DNA of 64,000 bases from Felis catus (taxonomy: Eukaryota). The stretch is taken from NCBI RefSeq assembly GCF_018350175.1, contig NC_058383.1:14758001-14822000 (forward strand), given 5' to 3'. The notes below the pieces were generated by a model. That model saw nothing but the letters and a program-made list of their open reading frames with translations. It searched no databases and was not told where the DNA came from. The position numbers and the translations under genes are program-made. Shown here one piece after another: positions 38,411 to 52,460 of the stretch. Every line of letters starts with the position of its first letter. Positions within the stretch are counted from its first letter, which is position 1.

Positions 38411-39366
38411 ATGTTATTTTACGGACCCAGCGCAGGGCTCCTAATAGAGACAGAGAAATTAAGGAAGTAGTTCTTGCCCTCAGGAAGCCAAAAATCTGGC
38501 ACGAGTGCACCAGTCAAGTTGGCACCAGAAAGGCACGCTTGGAGCATCCCGACCCCACTCCGATATAAGTAAGGAAAAGGAAAGACACGGTCCCGCTAAC
38601 GAACCAAGTTATCATTTCTGTAGCCAAAACCTGAGCCAAAATTGAAGGCAGAAAATTGCATTGAATGTGCGAGCCTGCTGGCTGCAGGTACAGTGACAGA
38701 CAGAGGTAACAGGGAGGCTCCTCTCCTGCTGGGAAAAGAGGACTGAACTTGCCCAGGTGAAATAAGGGGGGTGGGGCCCCCTGGCACTGAGAACAGCCCC
38801 TGCCCAGCTCAGGAAAGGCCATCAGGCTCCAACAACCCCCTGGGCTCACACACAGCTAACCCCAGGGAGGCCAGAGGAAGCAAACAAACGTCACCCCAGG
38901 GCACGGGCCAGGACGTCCTAGGAGTCACATTGCGTCTACACGACAGCATCAGGGTCACCCAAATTCCAGACAACAATCATCAAGGACACGGAAGTGGCGG
39001 TCGCTGTCTTTCTTAGGAGGGTCATGGAGATACTGAGTAACTTTGAACTTTGTAAAAAAAAAATGTTAAAACATGTATTTTAAAATGTAAAATAACAGAA
39101 ATGTGGAGCTTCCAAATCAAGCAGGAAAAAAGGTGTGTGTGTGTGGGGGGGGGGGGCAGTAATCTATTCAACAGGTAAGAGAATGCAATCTATCCAATGG
39201 TGAACAGACAACACAAAATAAAGGCAGAACAAATGATTCCTAAAGTGTCTATAATGTCCTGCCCGACCCCTACACATAAAGTGTACATTTATTTCTTTAA
39301 AGACAGACTATTGGTTGGAATTTTTAAAATTCAGCTATCTGCTGCTTATGAAGACTGACCCCCCCC

Positions 39367-39370
<4 letters not shown>

Positions 39371-39414
<44 letters not shown>
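39371..39414. repeat. (CA)n microsatellite
   Basis: Seen directly. Further (CA)n tracts at about 44225-44259 and 46093-46135. Confidence 0.95.
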
Positions 39415-39418
<4 letters not shown>

Positions 39419-39614
39419 TGTTGAAAAGAAGTCAAAGGGAACTATGTCACAGAGCAGACGTGAATAAATTATGATCTAAAAGCTAGGGAAGGTAAGAAAC
39501 CAAACCAGAAAATACTAGTTTGAAAAGACTAGTTTGAATATGAGTTTGAAACAGATGGATCTCTAGCTAATCTCAATTTTTTTCTATACATTATTAATGA
39601 TAAACAATTCATCA

Positions 39615-39790
39615 GGGGTGCCTGCGTGGCTCAGTCGGTTAAGTGGCCGGCTCAGGTCATGATCTCATGGTTCATGAGTTCGAGCCCCACACTGGAAAGT
39701 CTGCTTGGGATTCCCTCTTTCCCACTCTCTCTTTCCCTCCCTTGCTTGTACCCCCCCACAAAGAATAAATAAACTTTTTTAAAAAGTGAA
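39615..39790 (+). mobile_element. CanSINE (short)
   Basis: GGGGTGCCTGCGTGGCTCAGTCGGTTAAG head and AATAAATAAA tail. Confidence 0.87.
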
Positions 39791-40769
39791 AAAAAAATCC
39801 AAAAAACAATCTCTTACAAGGAGGTCAAGATCAACAACCTGGCTACCTAACCAGCACAGTTAATAGATTCAGGTGGAACAGAATAGGTCAGGCCTTGCAG
39901 AAAGAGTCAGATCTTACTGGAGGGTACAGGAGAGAGCAAGAGAGAACAGGCAGAAGTGTGACCGTGTAAATGAGGGGACCGAGCAAACAGTAGGAATCCA
40001 ATCAAGTAGAGTTAAATGCTTCAGCAAGGCTGCAAGGCGTGTGTGTGATCCACTCTGGTTTGCCCTGGCACCGGGACCCAGGCACCCCATGAAATAGTAA
40101 TTGGAAGAGAGATTTAGTGAGCCCCCGTCAAGAGTCACCATAACAAAAAATGCGAGAATGATGTTATGAAGAGGAATAATTTGAGTTAGGTATAGCAGGG
40201 TTCACTTGCCCGGGAGAACTCAGAAGGGTATCTGAGTAACGCTAATGGGTCTCAGCATCCAATGATGTCAGCGGAGCCAGTCTAAGAAATCAACCACGGG
40301 GTTGCAAACCCTGCAGTTACCCAGCCACGCTAGCTTGACTATTTTACTCATCTCGTCTAGATTCTTCTACGGGAAAAAGATGGAAGTTCTCTCTCTCCTG
40401 GGATTGTGGTGATTTGGCTGGAGTTTGTAGCCAGAGAGGCTTAAATTATTCTCCTTTTGCTATTACCCAGAAGCACTGAGTCACCCAGAGGTAGGAGGAG
40501 AACAATGGGTCAAACAAATCAAAAGGAAACGACGCACCACCAAATTGAAACTCTGGCAAAGAATACAAACAGGCAAATCACAAAAGAGAAAACCCCAATG
40601 GCCGATGCACGTGGGGGAAATGGCCACCCTCTCCAGTATTAAAGGCAAAACAAGCCAAAAGGACCACAAAACGTCATTTCACATCTTGGCAAAGATTTAG
40701 TTCCCAAGGATGCAGATAAGCAAGAAAGCATAGGTGGGGGGGAGGGGGGGAACCTGGGGGGGGGGGGGC

Positions 40770-40940
40770 CCGAACCTGGGTGCCCGGTTAAGTGCTCGAC
40801 TCCTAACTTCCACCCAGATCATGATCTCAGGGTCCTGAGATCAAGCCCCGTGAGGGTCTCTGCGCTGAGCAGGGAGCCTGCCTCAGGGTCCCTCTGCCCT
40901 TCCTGTGCTGGCGCATACACGCATGCGTGCGCACGCTCTC
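40770..40940 (+). mobile_element. Diverged CanSINE
   Basis: CCTGGGTG...GGTTAAG...CAGATCATGATCTCAGGGTCCTGAGATCAAGCCCC. Confidence 0.7.
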
Positions 40941-41038
40941 AAAGCAAGCAAGCGATCATCGGTGGGATTAAACGTTGAAACAAGCACTTTGGGAAACATT
41001 TTGGCAACTCTTTTTTTTTTTTGTCCCCCCCCCCACTA

Positions 41039-41073
<35 letters not shown>

Positions 41074-42669
41074 TTTTTGGCAACTCTTAATGGAGCCGAT
41101 GTTGTGCCCACACCGGGGCGGTTCCGCTTCCGGGTGTCTGTCCCCGGCGATCAAAACTTGCGGACCATCTAAATGACCAATGACATGACGCTGATGGCGT
41201 CAGTGATAGTACAACGGGCTGCCCTTCGGCATTTAAAATAATCTCAACCTACACACAGCGACATGGATAAAGCTTAAATCGCCTCCTGAGTAAAAATTAA
41301 AAAAACAAAAACAAAAACAAAAACCCAGCCAGTGGCAGTAGGGCACATTTTAGACAGAATTTTAAGAGGAGATCTTGTTCTAGGCACACGTAGTGTGTGG
41401 GAATCCGGCGGGGTGGAAGTGACAGTCTTGATCTTAAGGCCACAACAGTTTAAGGGGGTTGCAGGCATCACTTCCTGTTGGCCACGTAAGGGACACCAAG
41501 TGTATAACGTTTAACTTCTTAAATTCTGAAGCAAATATTATCACGTTACCGTTTGTTCAATTGTTCAATATACCACTTGTTATGGGACGCGCTGTCTAAT
41601 TCGCTCTGTACTTTTCCATATGAGTAAAATATTTAAATTCTTAAATGTCTTGTGGACCCCCCAAAAAAAAAAAGTTTTCATCCAGGAGCAGAGTGACGCG
41701 GCTGTAACTGGATATATGTTCAAGGGGCAAAAGGGGACAAAAGTAAAGCTATGCTTTGTTGATGTCACAAGTGTCACTTACTTATTCAGCGTTCTGTTGC
41801 CACAGGAAACCACGGATTTTAGGCAGGTGGCCCGTGTGCTGTTACAGCAGCTGACACAGGACACGGCGAGGACAGGGAGCAGGGCCGGGAGTGTGCTTCC
41901 TCAGTGAGGGCTGACGGAGACAGAGGCTGCGCCACAGGGTGGGGGGCACAAGGGTTTTCTGGGGTCTAGGGAAGCGGGGGGCTGTCCCGGCAAAGGTATG
42001 AGCCAATGGGAAGGTGTGGAGGCGTGGTCAGGACCACAGGTAATTCTCAGGGCTCCAGGGGCAGGCTTGTGACCTTACCGCCGGGGACGGGACGGGGCTG
42101 AAGTGGAGAGGACAGATGGTACAACATTTTGGAATTCGGACTCTGTCCTCGGGAAGCCGTGGGGTCTCTGAAAGATTCTGTGCAGAGGCATGACCTTGAA
42201 GGATCCTTCGGTTCAGTTTCTTGCCTTTAGACAGATCAATGTCTAAGGCTTTCTGGAGGGTGAGCTTTTTCTGGACGGTGGGCTTGTTTCTTATTCTGTG
42301 TCTCCAAGGACAGGGACTCTGCACATCTGTCGCCGTGCGCGTGGAGAAGGTGACAGCCATGGGGAGAGAGAGATGGGAGGGGAATCAGACCCAACCCGCC
42401 GAGTCCAGCAGGCACAAAGACGCAGACAGCCGGGGAGGGGGAGGTGGCAGTGGAAGGCTGAACTAGGCCGGCAGAACACAGCGGGCCCGGATGTGGCAGT
42501 CTGCGGCAGGAGAGGCTGATGACAATGGTGGTGGCTGCCATCATCATCACCACCATCAACATCACCGTAGCAAACACTGATACTATGCTCACCCTGTGTC
42601 AGGACCTGTCCTAAGGGCTTTACACGGTTCAGCTAACCCTATGTGGCAGGTAAATCATTATCCCCATTT

Positions 42670-42701
42670 TATTTAAAAAAAAAATTTTAATGTTTATTTT
42701 T

Positions 42702-42732
<31 letters not shown>

Positions 42733-42899
42733 TGAGCAGGGGAGGGGCAGAGAGAGAGAGGGAGTCACAGAATCCGAAGCAGGCTCCAGGCCCTGAGCTG
42801 TCCGCACAGAGCCCCACGCGGGGCTCGAACTCACGAACTGTGAGATCATGACCCAAGCCAAAGTTGGACACTTAACCAACTGAGCCACCCAGGCGCCCC
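42670..42899 (-). mobile_element. CanSINE inserted in a MIR
   Basis: Full consensus; TSD TCCCCATTTTA within the MIR core motif. Confidence 0.92.
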
Positions 42900-44222
42900 T
42901 CTCCCCATTTTAAAGATGAGGAGAAGGAAGCAGAGAGAAGGAGAGGGAGTCTGACTGTGGTCCCACAGGTCTTAAGGAGCAGATCTGGAAATGACAGGCA
43001 GCCTCGGTTCCTAACCTTCCACTATTGCTGCCTCTCCACAAGGAATCCCGGGAGTATCCTGCCAAGCAGAGAAGGCATCCCCAGATCACAGTCCATGCGG
43101 AAAGCATCTCTAGATATGAAGCAGGCTCTGGCCGTGAGAGAACGGGGTCCAGACACGGACAGACTCTGAGTCAGGAGAGCAGAAGCTGGTTGACCAGAAG
43201 TTCAACTCGCTGCTTGCTATTTGGAACAGGAGGGCGGGGGACGAAACACACCAGGTGCCACGGACCTCAGATGTGGTATCCCATTTGACCCTTCGTGTGG
43301 ACGTTCCTATTAGCTGAGGAAGCCGACGCTCTGAGTACCAGTGATGGGCTTACGTTCACACAGCACACACAGGCAGAGCTGGAGGGAAGGCTACTCGCTC
43401 CGATGCCCTGTGTTTTTCCCTATTACCGCACACCGCCTCTCCGAGGACTTCCCAAGTACCCACCAACTGGGTCTGAGTGCTGGCCCAGAGTCATTTCCTC
43501 GCTAATTTCGCCAAAGAATACACACAGAAATAAATGAAAAGGAAAGACACCCAGCACCAACTGTGAAATGAAGATAAGAGAACACGGGCCAAATCTTGGA
43601 GGAATTTCCACGAAGGGCCGCGTTCCTGGGGACAGATGTAGAAAGAAACCACCACCTATACCCTCTGAGCCACCAGAGGAAAAACACAGGCCCAGAGAAG
43701 TTGGAAAACCACACTAAATTACCTCCGTGCTCTAACATATCCCAGGACACTGGGGCAATGTGGATTAGAAAAAAAAAAATGTTAACACAGTACTTTTGAA
43801 AAGATAATGAAGAACAAAGGGAAAATAAGCATTACCCTGATTAAGGGGGATAAAGATCACTGGAAAAAAAACTTACTGTTCACACACACACAAATATGAC
43901 GATACTTGAAAATATCTTAGGGCCTTCGAGACATCCAAGAGGATTTGGTCACAATGGAACAGAAATAGGGAGCCACAGGAGGAGGAAAAAAGTGGAAATA
44001 AAGAAACAGAGAAGGATTTCAAGAAGAGAAAAGAGAATGTTAAGGAGCTCAAAAATGTAGAGCAAAATTAAAATGATTTCAAAGGTCATACACTGCGGGA
44101 CGTCTACCCCACATACCAGGAGTCACATGCGGCAGAGCGGTGTCAGAGGTTCTCAGATTGTGGATGGAAACAGAAGAAACAGAAAAAGAAAGGTTAACGA
44201 ATAAGAAGGAAGAGGCAAAACA

Positions 44223-44263
<41 letters not shown>

Positions 44264-44344
44264 CAAACAAACAAAAAAACAGGTCCATCTTAGGGATTTT
44301 GTCTGTTGCACAGGAGAAAAACTAAACAGAGCAAAAGCAGTAAT

Positions 44345-44792
44345 TAAAAGTTTAGTTTTGAGAGGGACAGCTGAGTGGGGGAGATTCAGAGAGAGAGGGA
44401 CACAGAGGGTCTGAAGTGGGCTCTGAGCTGACAGCAGGGAGCCTATTGTGGGACTAGAACTCAAGAACCAGGAGATCATGACCTGAGCTGAAGTTGGACG
44501 CTTAACCTACTGAGCCACCCAGGAGCCTCAAGAGCAGTAAAAAGAGAATACCAGAAAGCTGTACCGGGTGGAAAGGCCCGAGCTGATCTATCAGAAAAGC
44601 TCCCTGAGATCCAGGCAAAGTAATAAAAAAAAGATCTATTCTGCCCAACATGTGATTGTACATAAATAAGAAACATTAGAAGCATCCGGCCGAACAAAAC
44701 AGGTTCTTTACAAGGAACATAAGCTGAATCAGGCTCCCCTCCAACTTCTCTACAAAGTACAAAAAACAATGAACGCATACCTGAAAGAATTT

Positions 44793-44856
<64 letters not shown>

Positions 44857-45052
44857 TCCTTCTCTTTCCTTCTTTCTTAAAGTTTATTTATTTTGAGAGA
44901 GACAGAGACAGTTGTGAGCAGGGGAGGGGCAGAGAGAGAGGGAGAGAGTGAGAATCCCAAGCAGCTCCCCGCTGTCAGGAAGGAGCCCGACACGGGGCTG
45001 GAACCCACGAACCGTGAGAAACCAAGAGTCGACCCAGCTACCCAGGAACCCC
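44345..45052 (-). mobile_element. Two CanSINEs (about 44345-44528, and 44790-45052 with a (TTTC)n tail)
   Basis: Reverse SINE consensus matches within decayed L1 ORF1-like sequence. Confidence 0.82.
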
Positions 45053-45229
45053 ACCTGAAAGTTTCCGATGCTGTATTCTGGCTGCCATTTTCCTTCCATC
45101 TTCCTTTCTTAAAGAAACCTGATCTGATTTGGGAGACCAATGAGTCAAGCCCCAAGGGTGGATCATAACACATCTAAGCTAGGCAAGCAACCACATCCCT
45201 CCTTTCAAGGTATCTATCTTCTCAAGTCC

Positions 45230-45670
45230 CCCTTGTAGCTGGGAGCGGACATGCCATTCTGTTATGGCCAATGTCATTTAAAGGAAACACCTGCCGGGAG
45301 CCTTCTGAGAAAGCTTTCCCTTTACTTATAAGAAAGAGAACCATCAGGGCAAAGAAGGTCTTTGGCTGCCGAGATGATGATGGCTGCCACCATTGCCTTC
45401 ATCATCATCATCATCATCATCATCGCCATCACCATCAGCATTACCAGTTCTGGTGTCTGAAGGTATAGCAGCCGTCCTTCAGCCAGAGGGCAACATGGAC
45501 AAAGGTGAGGCTTCAGCAGGCTGAGCATCGTGGGACCGAAGACCAAGCTTCAGGATGACATCACTGAGCCTTTGCTTCCCGTCCTGACGGCCCACTCCAG
45601 ACATCCTACTAAGTTAGATCTCTGTTCTTACTATTGAATCCAAGGGTAGGTTCTCTTTGACTTGTAACAG
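45230..45670 (+). mobile_element. MaLR LTR relic (MLT1J/K-like) containing (CAT)n at about 45400-45437
   Basis: CCCTTGTAGCTGGG...TGGCCAATG... and ending TTCTCTTTGACTTGTAAC. Confidence 0.5.
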
Positions 45671-46087
45671 AGAGTATTGAGGATATAAATATTAACAGGC
45701 AAAGCACAGAAAGACATTCCAACATCATCACATCGTTTGCGAAACGATGGGCCACACAAAATTGAACGAGTTTGTCAAATGCAGGCTGTGTCAGGGTTTT
45801 CACGAACTAGTGTCTTTTATCGGACTCCAAGAGATGAACTGCATGAAGTAGGAGACATTCCTACGATTTATTGGACCATGGAACTTGAGGAAGCACGTGG
45901 AAGAGTAGGATTCTACGTAAAATACTATGAGAGATGTTTATAGGACACCGAGGTTAGCATTTTGTGACCCAAAAACTAACCATATTTTTGTTTTGTTAGC
46001 AAAGTCACAGAAGGATCTTTTCAAATCTGCAAAGGGCTCGAAGAACATCTCTCTTACATAATCCCCTGGTCCCCAGTATGAAAAATT

Positions 46088-46136
<49 letters not shown>

Positions 46137-46329
46137 AAGCTCTCCAGCCAACTGAGAGAACTGTAATTAACAATTCAGACATAAGAAATTTAGAGTATAA
46201 AGAACACTTTTTAGAGATAAGTACAATGAACTGTTGTAAATACGGACACAAAACGAAACACAAACACTGAAAATATTCTGAAAAAAGAAGACTTAATGAT
46301 GGAAAAAAGAGCTGTTTAATAATGATGGA

Positions 46330-47660
46330 CATCTAGCCCAGATAACATGGTATAGACCCATTTCTCCCTGCTTCCTCACCAAGTACCACGATAAGCCATG
46401 GAGATAAGGTAGGAGATAACCAAAGGAGAATTCTCAAAGATGCTAAAAGGAGGAAGGTGAACCTGTTAGGGACCTAGCACCGGGGAACAAAATGGCAGCA
46501 GAACATCTTATATTCTCCCACCCAGTGGAAGGAGGTAACACAGATGCAATGCATCCCGTCCCTCAAACCGAGCAATAGAAAGAAGCATGGGTAGGCACTT
46601 TCCTCCCTCATACTGAATGGGAGCTCCTCAGACAACACTGGACAAACCCATGGTGGACCATGGGGATCTACTGGGGGCCCCACTAATGATAAACAGCTAA
46701 GGGAAGTGCTCTCCTTCCCTGGAAGCCCTGAAATGTCCCTCCCCCCCAGGAATTTAATAGGGAGGCCCCAGCAAGAGGGACCTCCACCCAAACAAATGGC
46801 CCAGCCCAAGAAGACTTTGTCCCTGTGGGCCTGAGACTCTCTACCTCTGCCCAGAGACTGGGGCAACAGCGATATGGATCTCATCATGGCTCCAATGGAT
46901 TAAGTGGATCTCAATAAGCACTTGACCTTGGAAGCATTCTTTGTTCCCCACGGTTAGGGGAGAACGCCATCACAAGATGTGCCTGGCTTAGGAAAACTCT
47001 TGCCTCAGGACCCCCTCCCCCACAGAGAGACACCCATCATCCTGCCCCAAGGAAACCCTTTCCACTCCACAAGTAGCATGAGGAGGCATGGGTGGGAGAC
47101 CCGGTAGGAGCAGATAAACTGAGCAGACTAAAATATCACCACAAATGCTGTGAAATGAAACTGTCATTTGGAAGCATGGCCCACAGAAGTAAGCCAGGAC
47201 CTGCATGTAATCCTACACAGGGTGACTACCTACTAAAAGTAAAAGATTTAAATAGAACCCAGCATCCACTAATATATTAGGCAAAGTGTCCAGGATATGA
47301 TAGGAAATCGCCCATCATCTCAGGAACTGAGAAAATCACAACTTGAATGAGAAAAGAGATTTAGTGGACACCAATATGTATACGAATTAGACGTTGGAAC
47401 CATCTGGCGAGGATTTTAAAGAAGGCATCATAAAAATCCTTCAACAATCACACGTTCTCTTCACACAAGTGAAAAACAAGAAAACCTTAATGAGGAAATA
47501 GAAGTTATTAAAAAGAACCAAATGGAAATTACAGAACTAAAAAACACAATTGCAAAAATAAACAATTCGTGAGCTGGGAGAGTAGAGATGACAGAGGTTA
47601 GAAAAGGTGAATTTGAGGACCGATCAAGAGTTTACACAATATGAACAACAGAAAGAATAC
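46330..47660 (+). mobile_element. Old L1M 5'UTR/ORF1-like fragment
   Basis: A-rich ORF1-like segment GAAATAGAAGTTATTAAAAAGAACCAAATGGAAATTACAGAACTAAAAAACACAAT preceded by L1M-type 5' sequence. Confidence 0.65.
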
Positions 47661-47827
47661 AGACATATATAAATTACATGTGTGTATATATGATTGTATA
47701 ATAAACTTACGTAATTTATATAGCCATATGTATATATGTACAGATATATGTAATATATATATGTCTATACATAAAAATTTATTCCATATAAATCATAGAC
47801 TTACATGTACAATTTCAAACTATATAA

Positions 47828-48671
47828 GGGCACCCGGGTGGCTCAGTTGGTTGAGTGTCTGACTCTTGGTTTTGCCTCAGGTCACAATCTCACAGTTCGT
47901 GGAATTGAGCCCTGCACCGGGCTCTGCTGAGAGTAGCGCTTGCTTGAGATTCTCTCTCTCCCTCCTCCCTTCCCCTGCTTGTGCTCTTTCTCTCTCTCTC
48001 AAAATAAAGAAATACACATTAATTTTTTTAAATTTTTTAAGTTAACTTTTTAAAATTTTTATTAGAGAAAAAAGCAGGAAATTTTTGTGATCTAGGCCGA
48101 GGCCCAGAGTTCTTAGACGTGAGACCGAAAGCACAATCTGTAACGGGAAAAGCTGCTAAGTTTGGACTTTCACAAAATTAAAATTCTTTTGTTCGCCAAA
48201 GCCCGCGCAAAGAGGAGGGAGAGATACGCTGGGTACTGGGAGAACATACTTGCAAGCAACCTATCTCACCAAGGAGTGGCACCTAGAATATATAAAGAAT
48301 TCTCAAATCTCAGCAGTAAAACGAGACCAAACAAAAACAACTATCTAATGAGAATATGGGCAAAAGACAGACACAGATACGAACGGATGATGTAGAGATG
48401 GTAAATGGTAAGTAAACACTGGAAAGGATTAGCCATTGGGGAACTGCAAATCATGCAGTGGGCTATCACTGCACACCCACCAGAAGAACTGAAACAGAAA
48501 CGGCGACAATACGAAAGCTGGTGAGGACGTGGAGAAAGGGGACCACTCGCACGTTGCTGGGAAGAATGTAAAACATGGCTGTCATGCTGGGAAACCGTTT
48601 AGCAGGTTGTTTGCTGTTTGGGGGGTTATTTTTTAGAGAGCGCGTGCGAGCGGGGAGAGGGGCAGAGGGGG

Positions 48672-48729
<58 letters not shown>

Positions 48730-49470
48730 CTTAAGCAGGCTTCATGCCCAGCACAGAGCCCGACACAGGGCTGGAGCTCATAACCCTGGGATCATGACTT
48801 GAGCCTAAATCAAGAGAAGGATGCTCAGCCGTCTGAACCACCCAGGCACCCTAGCGGTTTCTTGGAAAACCAAACACACAATTCACAGGCAGATGGTTAA
48901 ATATACTATGGTACGTCCATAGCATGATCTATTATTCATTCAGCAGCGGAAAGGAGCAAACTCCTGATACACACAACTTGAGTGAATCTCGAGGATACAA
49001 TGCTGAGTGAAAGAAAAGTCATTCCCCAAAGGGTAACAAAGTGCATGCTTGCGTTTACAAAAAAATACTCTACACTGGCAACATGTTAGAAGTGAAAAGC
49101 AGGTTAGTGGTTGGCAGCAGTTAGAGATAGGGCTGGGGTTGGGGGTTGCGAGGAACTGTTCACTGTATCGATTGAGGAGGCAGACGCACAAACTTACACA
49201 TATGACAAAACTATACAGCAGTAAACATCTATACACACAAATACGGGTACAGGTAAAACTGGGGAGGGGCGCCTGGGTGGCTCAGCTGGTTGAGCATCTG
49301 ACTCCTGATGTTGGCGCAGGTCATGATCTCACAGTCTGTGAGATTGTGTCCCGTATCAGGCTCCATGCCAAGCACGGAACCTGCTTAAGATTCTCTGACT
49401 CCCCCTCTCTCTGCCCCTTCCCCCGCTCACAGGTGCACATGCTACGCTCTCTCTCTCTCCCCAAAAAATG
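47828..49470. mobile_element. Three CanSINEs (about 47828-48020 +, 48625-48851 -, 49266-49470 +) within an old L1 3' end
   Basis: SINE consensus matches; (GA)n at 48674-48727; TSD GTAAAACTGGGG around the third copy. Confidence 0.87.
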
Positions 49471-52216
49471 AAACAAGTAAAACTGGGGGAATCTGAAGAA
49501 TACTGGTGAGTTTCATCAGCGTCAAAATCCCATTTATGACACTGTACCGGGACTTTGCAAAACGTTACCATTTAGGGGAAAATTGGGTGGGGTGTACTTG
49601 AGATCTTTCTAAATTCTTTCTGAAAACCGCATGCGAATCTATAACCATTTCAATAAAAAATTTAAGAAGACAGAATGTATAATGCCAGATTAACATACGT
49701 GCAAAGTGAACGTAGAGAATAAATATGAGCCGAATTTTGTGTTAAGGAAAAGTCAAAAGTTATTTATTCTTTTGACTTAAATATTCAGACAGATATCATT
49801 TTAACTATGTATTTCATAAAAGTCAAAATCAGTACAAGGATTATAACAAAAAGAGCCACCTTTATATCGAATTTAAAAGATAAAGCATATAAAACAATCT
49901 GTAGAGCAAAAGACAGAAAACAAAGGACATGGCTTCAAATCAAAAAGAATAATATAGGCCCATCGAACTGTGAACAAACACCCGTTATAAAAGGATTGCC
50001 AAGGGATTAAGGACAAATTCTATTAAATTTGTCTATTAAAAGACAAATTCTCTCTGGCCCATAAAAACCAATCTGACACCATGAGTCTTTTAAAGAGAAG
50101 GCTACCTAAAAAGAATTTTTTCAAGGAGGAGGATGGATAAGGATATACCCAGTCACAACAATAAAATGAAAGTGAGATGAGTTTGGTATTAATATCAGAA
50201 GAGGAGCATTTAAGACAAAAATGGTGGATGGGCCAAGAAGGCTCTCTGTAGGTATAAATGGTGATAACGGGTCCATCCTGGGATTGCCACGTTTTAATTT
50301 GGTGACTAGCTTTCCCTCTAGAATAACACCTGTGCCTGTCCCCTTCTCACTACCTCAGCTGCTGCCACCCTAGTACAAGCCATCAGCCTGTCGCTTGACT
50401 CCTGAAATAATTTCCTCACTTCCCATTTCCGTTCCAGCCCCCGACAATCCTACGCAGCGGCAGTTTGCATGTAAACCAAATCATGCCACTGTATTGCTTA
50501 AAACACTCCGGTGAGTACTTTTCTATATAAAATTATATCCAAACTCCTTGTCTTGCTGGGACCTGAGACAAAGAGTTCTTCCCTCAGTGTCAATTCATGC
50601 TTCCTTAATAGCAACAGGCTCCTGGATTTTCAAATCTGGGAACATGGCTGTCCAGAGGAAAGACTACATTTCCCGACATCCCTTGCTGCTGGGCGTGGCA
50701 ACACGGCCATCTCCCGGCCAACCATGTGACTAACTTCCCACCAATAGGACATAAGTAGAAGGGATGTGGGCAACTTCTTGAAAGACTTGGGCTCCCCTTT
50801 GTCTTCCGTTGCTTTCGGGTGGGCGAAATGCAGATGGGGACAGAAGCCATGTGGGTAGGGCGACGCCCTGGCGCTTCGGGGCAATGAACCAGCTGGAGGC
50901 TGAGCTGTACCGCACCAGGCCCGAGCGCTGTGCAGAACAGGAGCACGTGGCCACAGACTTACGTGCGAGTGTCTGCACCGCTGTGAGGTCATCTCAATCA
51001 TCTTCCTCTGAACCTGTGTCCCCACACAAGGCCTGTGATGTCCCACAAGAGCTGGTCTCCGCCACATCTTCAACCTCATCTCCTACCATCCTTCCCTTGC
51101 CTGCCAAACTCGAGTCAAGCTTGTCCCACCTCAGGGCCCTAGCAATGGCCGTCGCCTCCCCCTGGCGAGCACTGTCCCCAGAGCTTGACAAGCGAGAGCT
51201 TTCTCTCGATTTAGGGCTAAGCCCAAATGCCACGTCCTCCTCACCTTCTCTTCACACGCTGTTGAAAGTTGTAGAGTAGGCACCCTGACTGCCCCCTACG
51301 GTAGTATCCTGTTGTATGTATGTCACAGGACTGAATATTAGGAGATGTTATTGAGTGTCTATCTCTCCCTACCCCTTACACTAGAATATCAGTTCCACGA
51401 GAGCAAGACACTCATCTACTGTTCACGACTATATCCGTGCTGGCCCAACAATTAGCCTCTCAGTTAGCATTTGTTGAATGGGTCAACCAACCAAAGAATG
51501 AACGGCAATATCAAACACACACCACACCACACACCCCACAGAGAAAATGAAACAGCACTGAGATCCTCAACGCCATCAGTCTAAGACAGACTGAGTAGAT
51601 ACAAAATAAACCAGGCCATTCAAGATTTTCATGTGAGAGTATATAGTTCTATTGCCTACAAACTGAAGGTAGTCTCTGCAATTAGCAAATCACATTTATG
51701 CAAAGTGAACACATACTGAGCCACATTAAATGGGCACAATAAATAGTATAAGAAGAGATTACATAAGTGGTATTCTATGGCTGCCATGTAATAATAAAAT
51801 GAGGAACTAATAACAAATTATTAAATGAAGTATCCACTAATATTCTTTGAACAACTGTTGAGTGACGAAAGGTATTAAATACAATTACAGACCATATAGT
51901 AAATGATAACACTATCTCAGCATGGTGATAAAGCCATACTAATAGAAAAATTCATATCCAAGTTCTTTCATTCATAAAGAAAAACTAAATAAAATAATCC
52001 TTGAACACAGGTCTGATAAATAATAACAGTAAGGAGGGAAAGCAGAAAGGAAATGAAGATAAAAGTTATAAAGACCTGAATAGAAAACAGGAAAACGATC
52101 CTATTAATTAAATAAAAGAGTTTCTTAAAAAAAAAATCAATGAAATAGATAACTTGATGACATACATTAATTAAAAATAAGAAAAATAAAAATTACAATT
52201 AAGAGAAGCTACAACA

Positions 52217-52460
52217 GGGGCGCCTGGGTGGCTCAGTTGGTTAGCGTCTAACTTCGGTTCAGGTCGTGATCTGGTGGACAATGAGTTCGAGCCCCGTGTC
52301 AGGCTCTGTGCTGACAGCTCAGAGCCTGAGGCCTGCTTTAGATTCTGTGTCTCCCTCTCTCTCTGCCCCTCCACCGCTCGCACTCTGTCTCTCTCTCTCT
52401 CAAAAATAAACACACATTAAGAAATTTATTTAATAAATAAAATAACATTAAAAAAAAACA
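52217..52460 (+). mobile_element. CanSINE
   Basis: Full consensus; TSD-like AGAAGCTA.AACA. Confidence 0.9.

Noticed and set aside
45271..45468. Poly-His ORF
   Set aside because: Product of a (CAT)n microsatellite inside a probable MaLR LTR relic.
50809..51279. 156-aa ORF
   Set aside because: Non-ATG start, no recognisable homology, and it spans MaLR- and L2-like relics.
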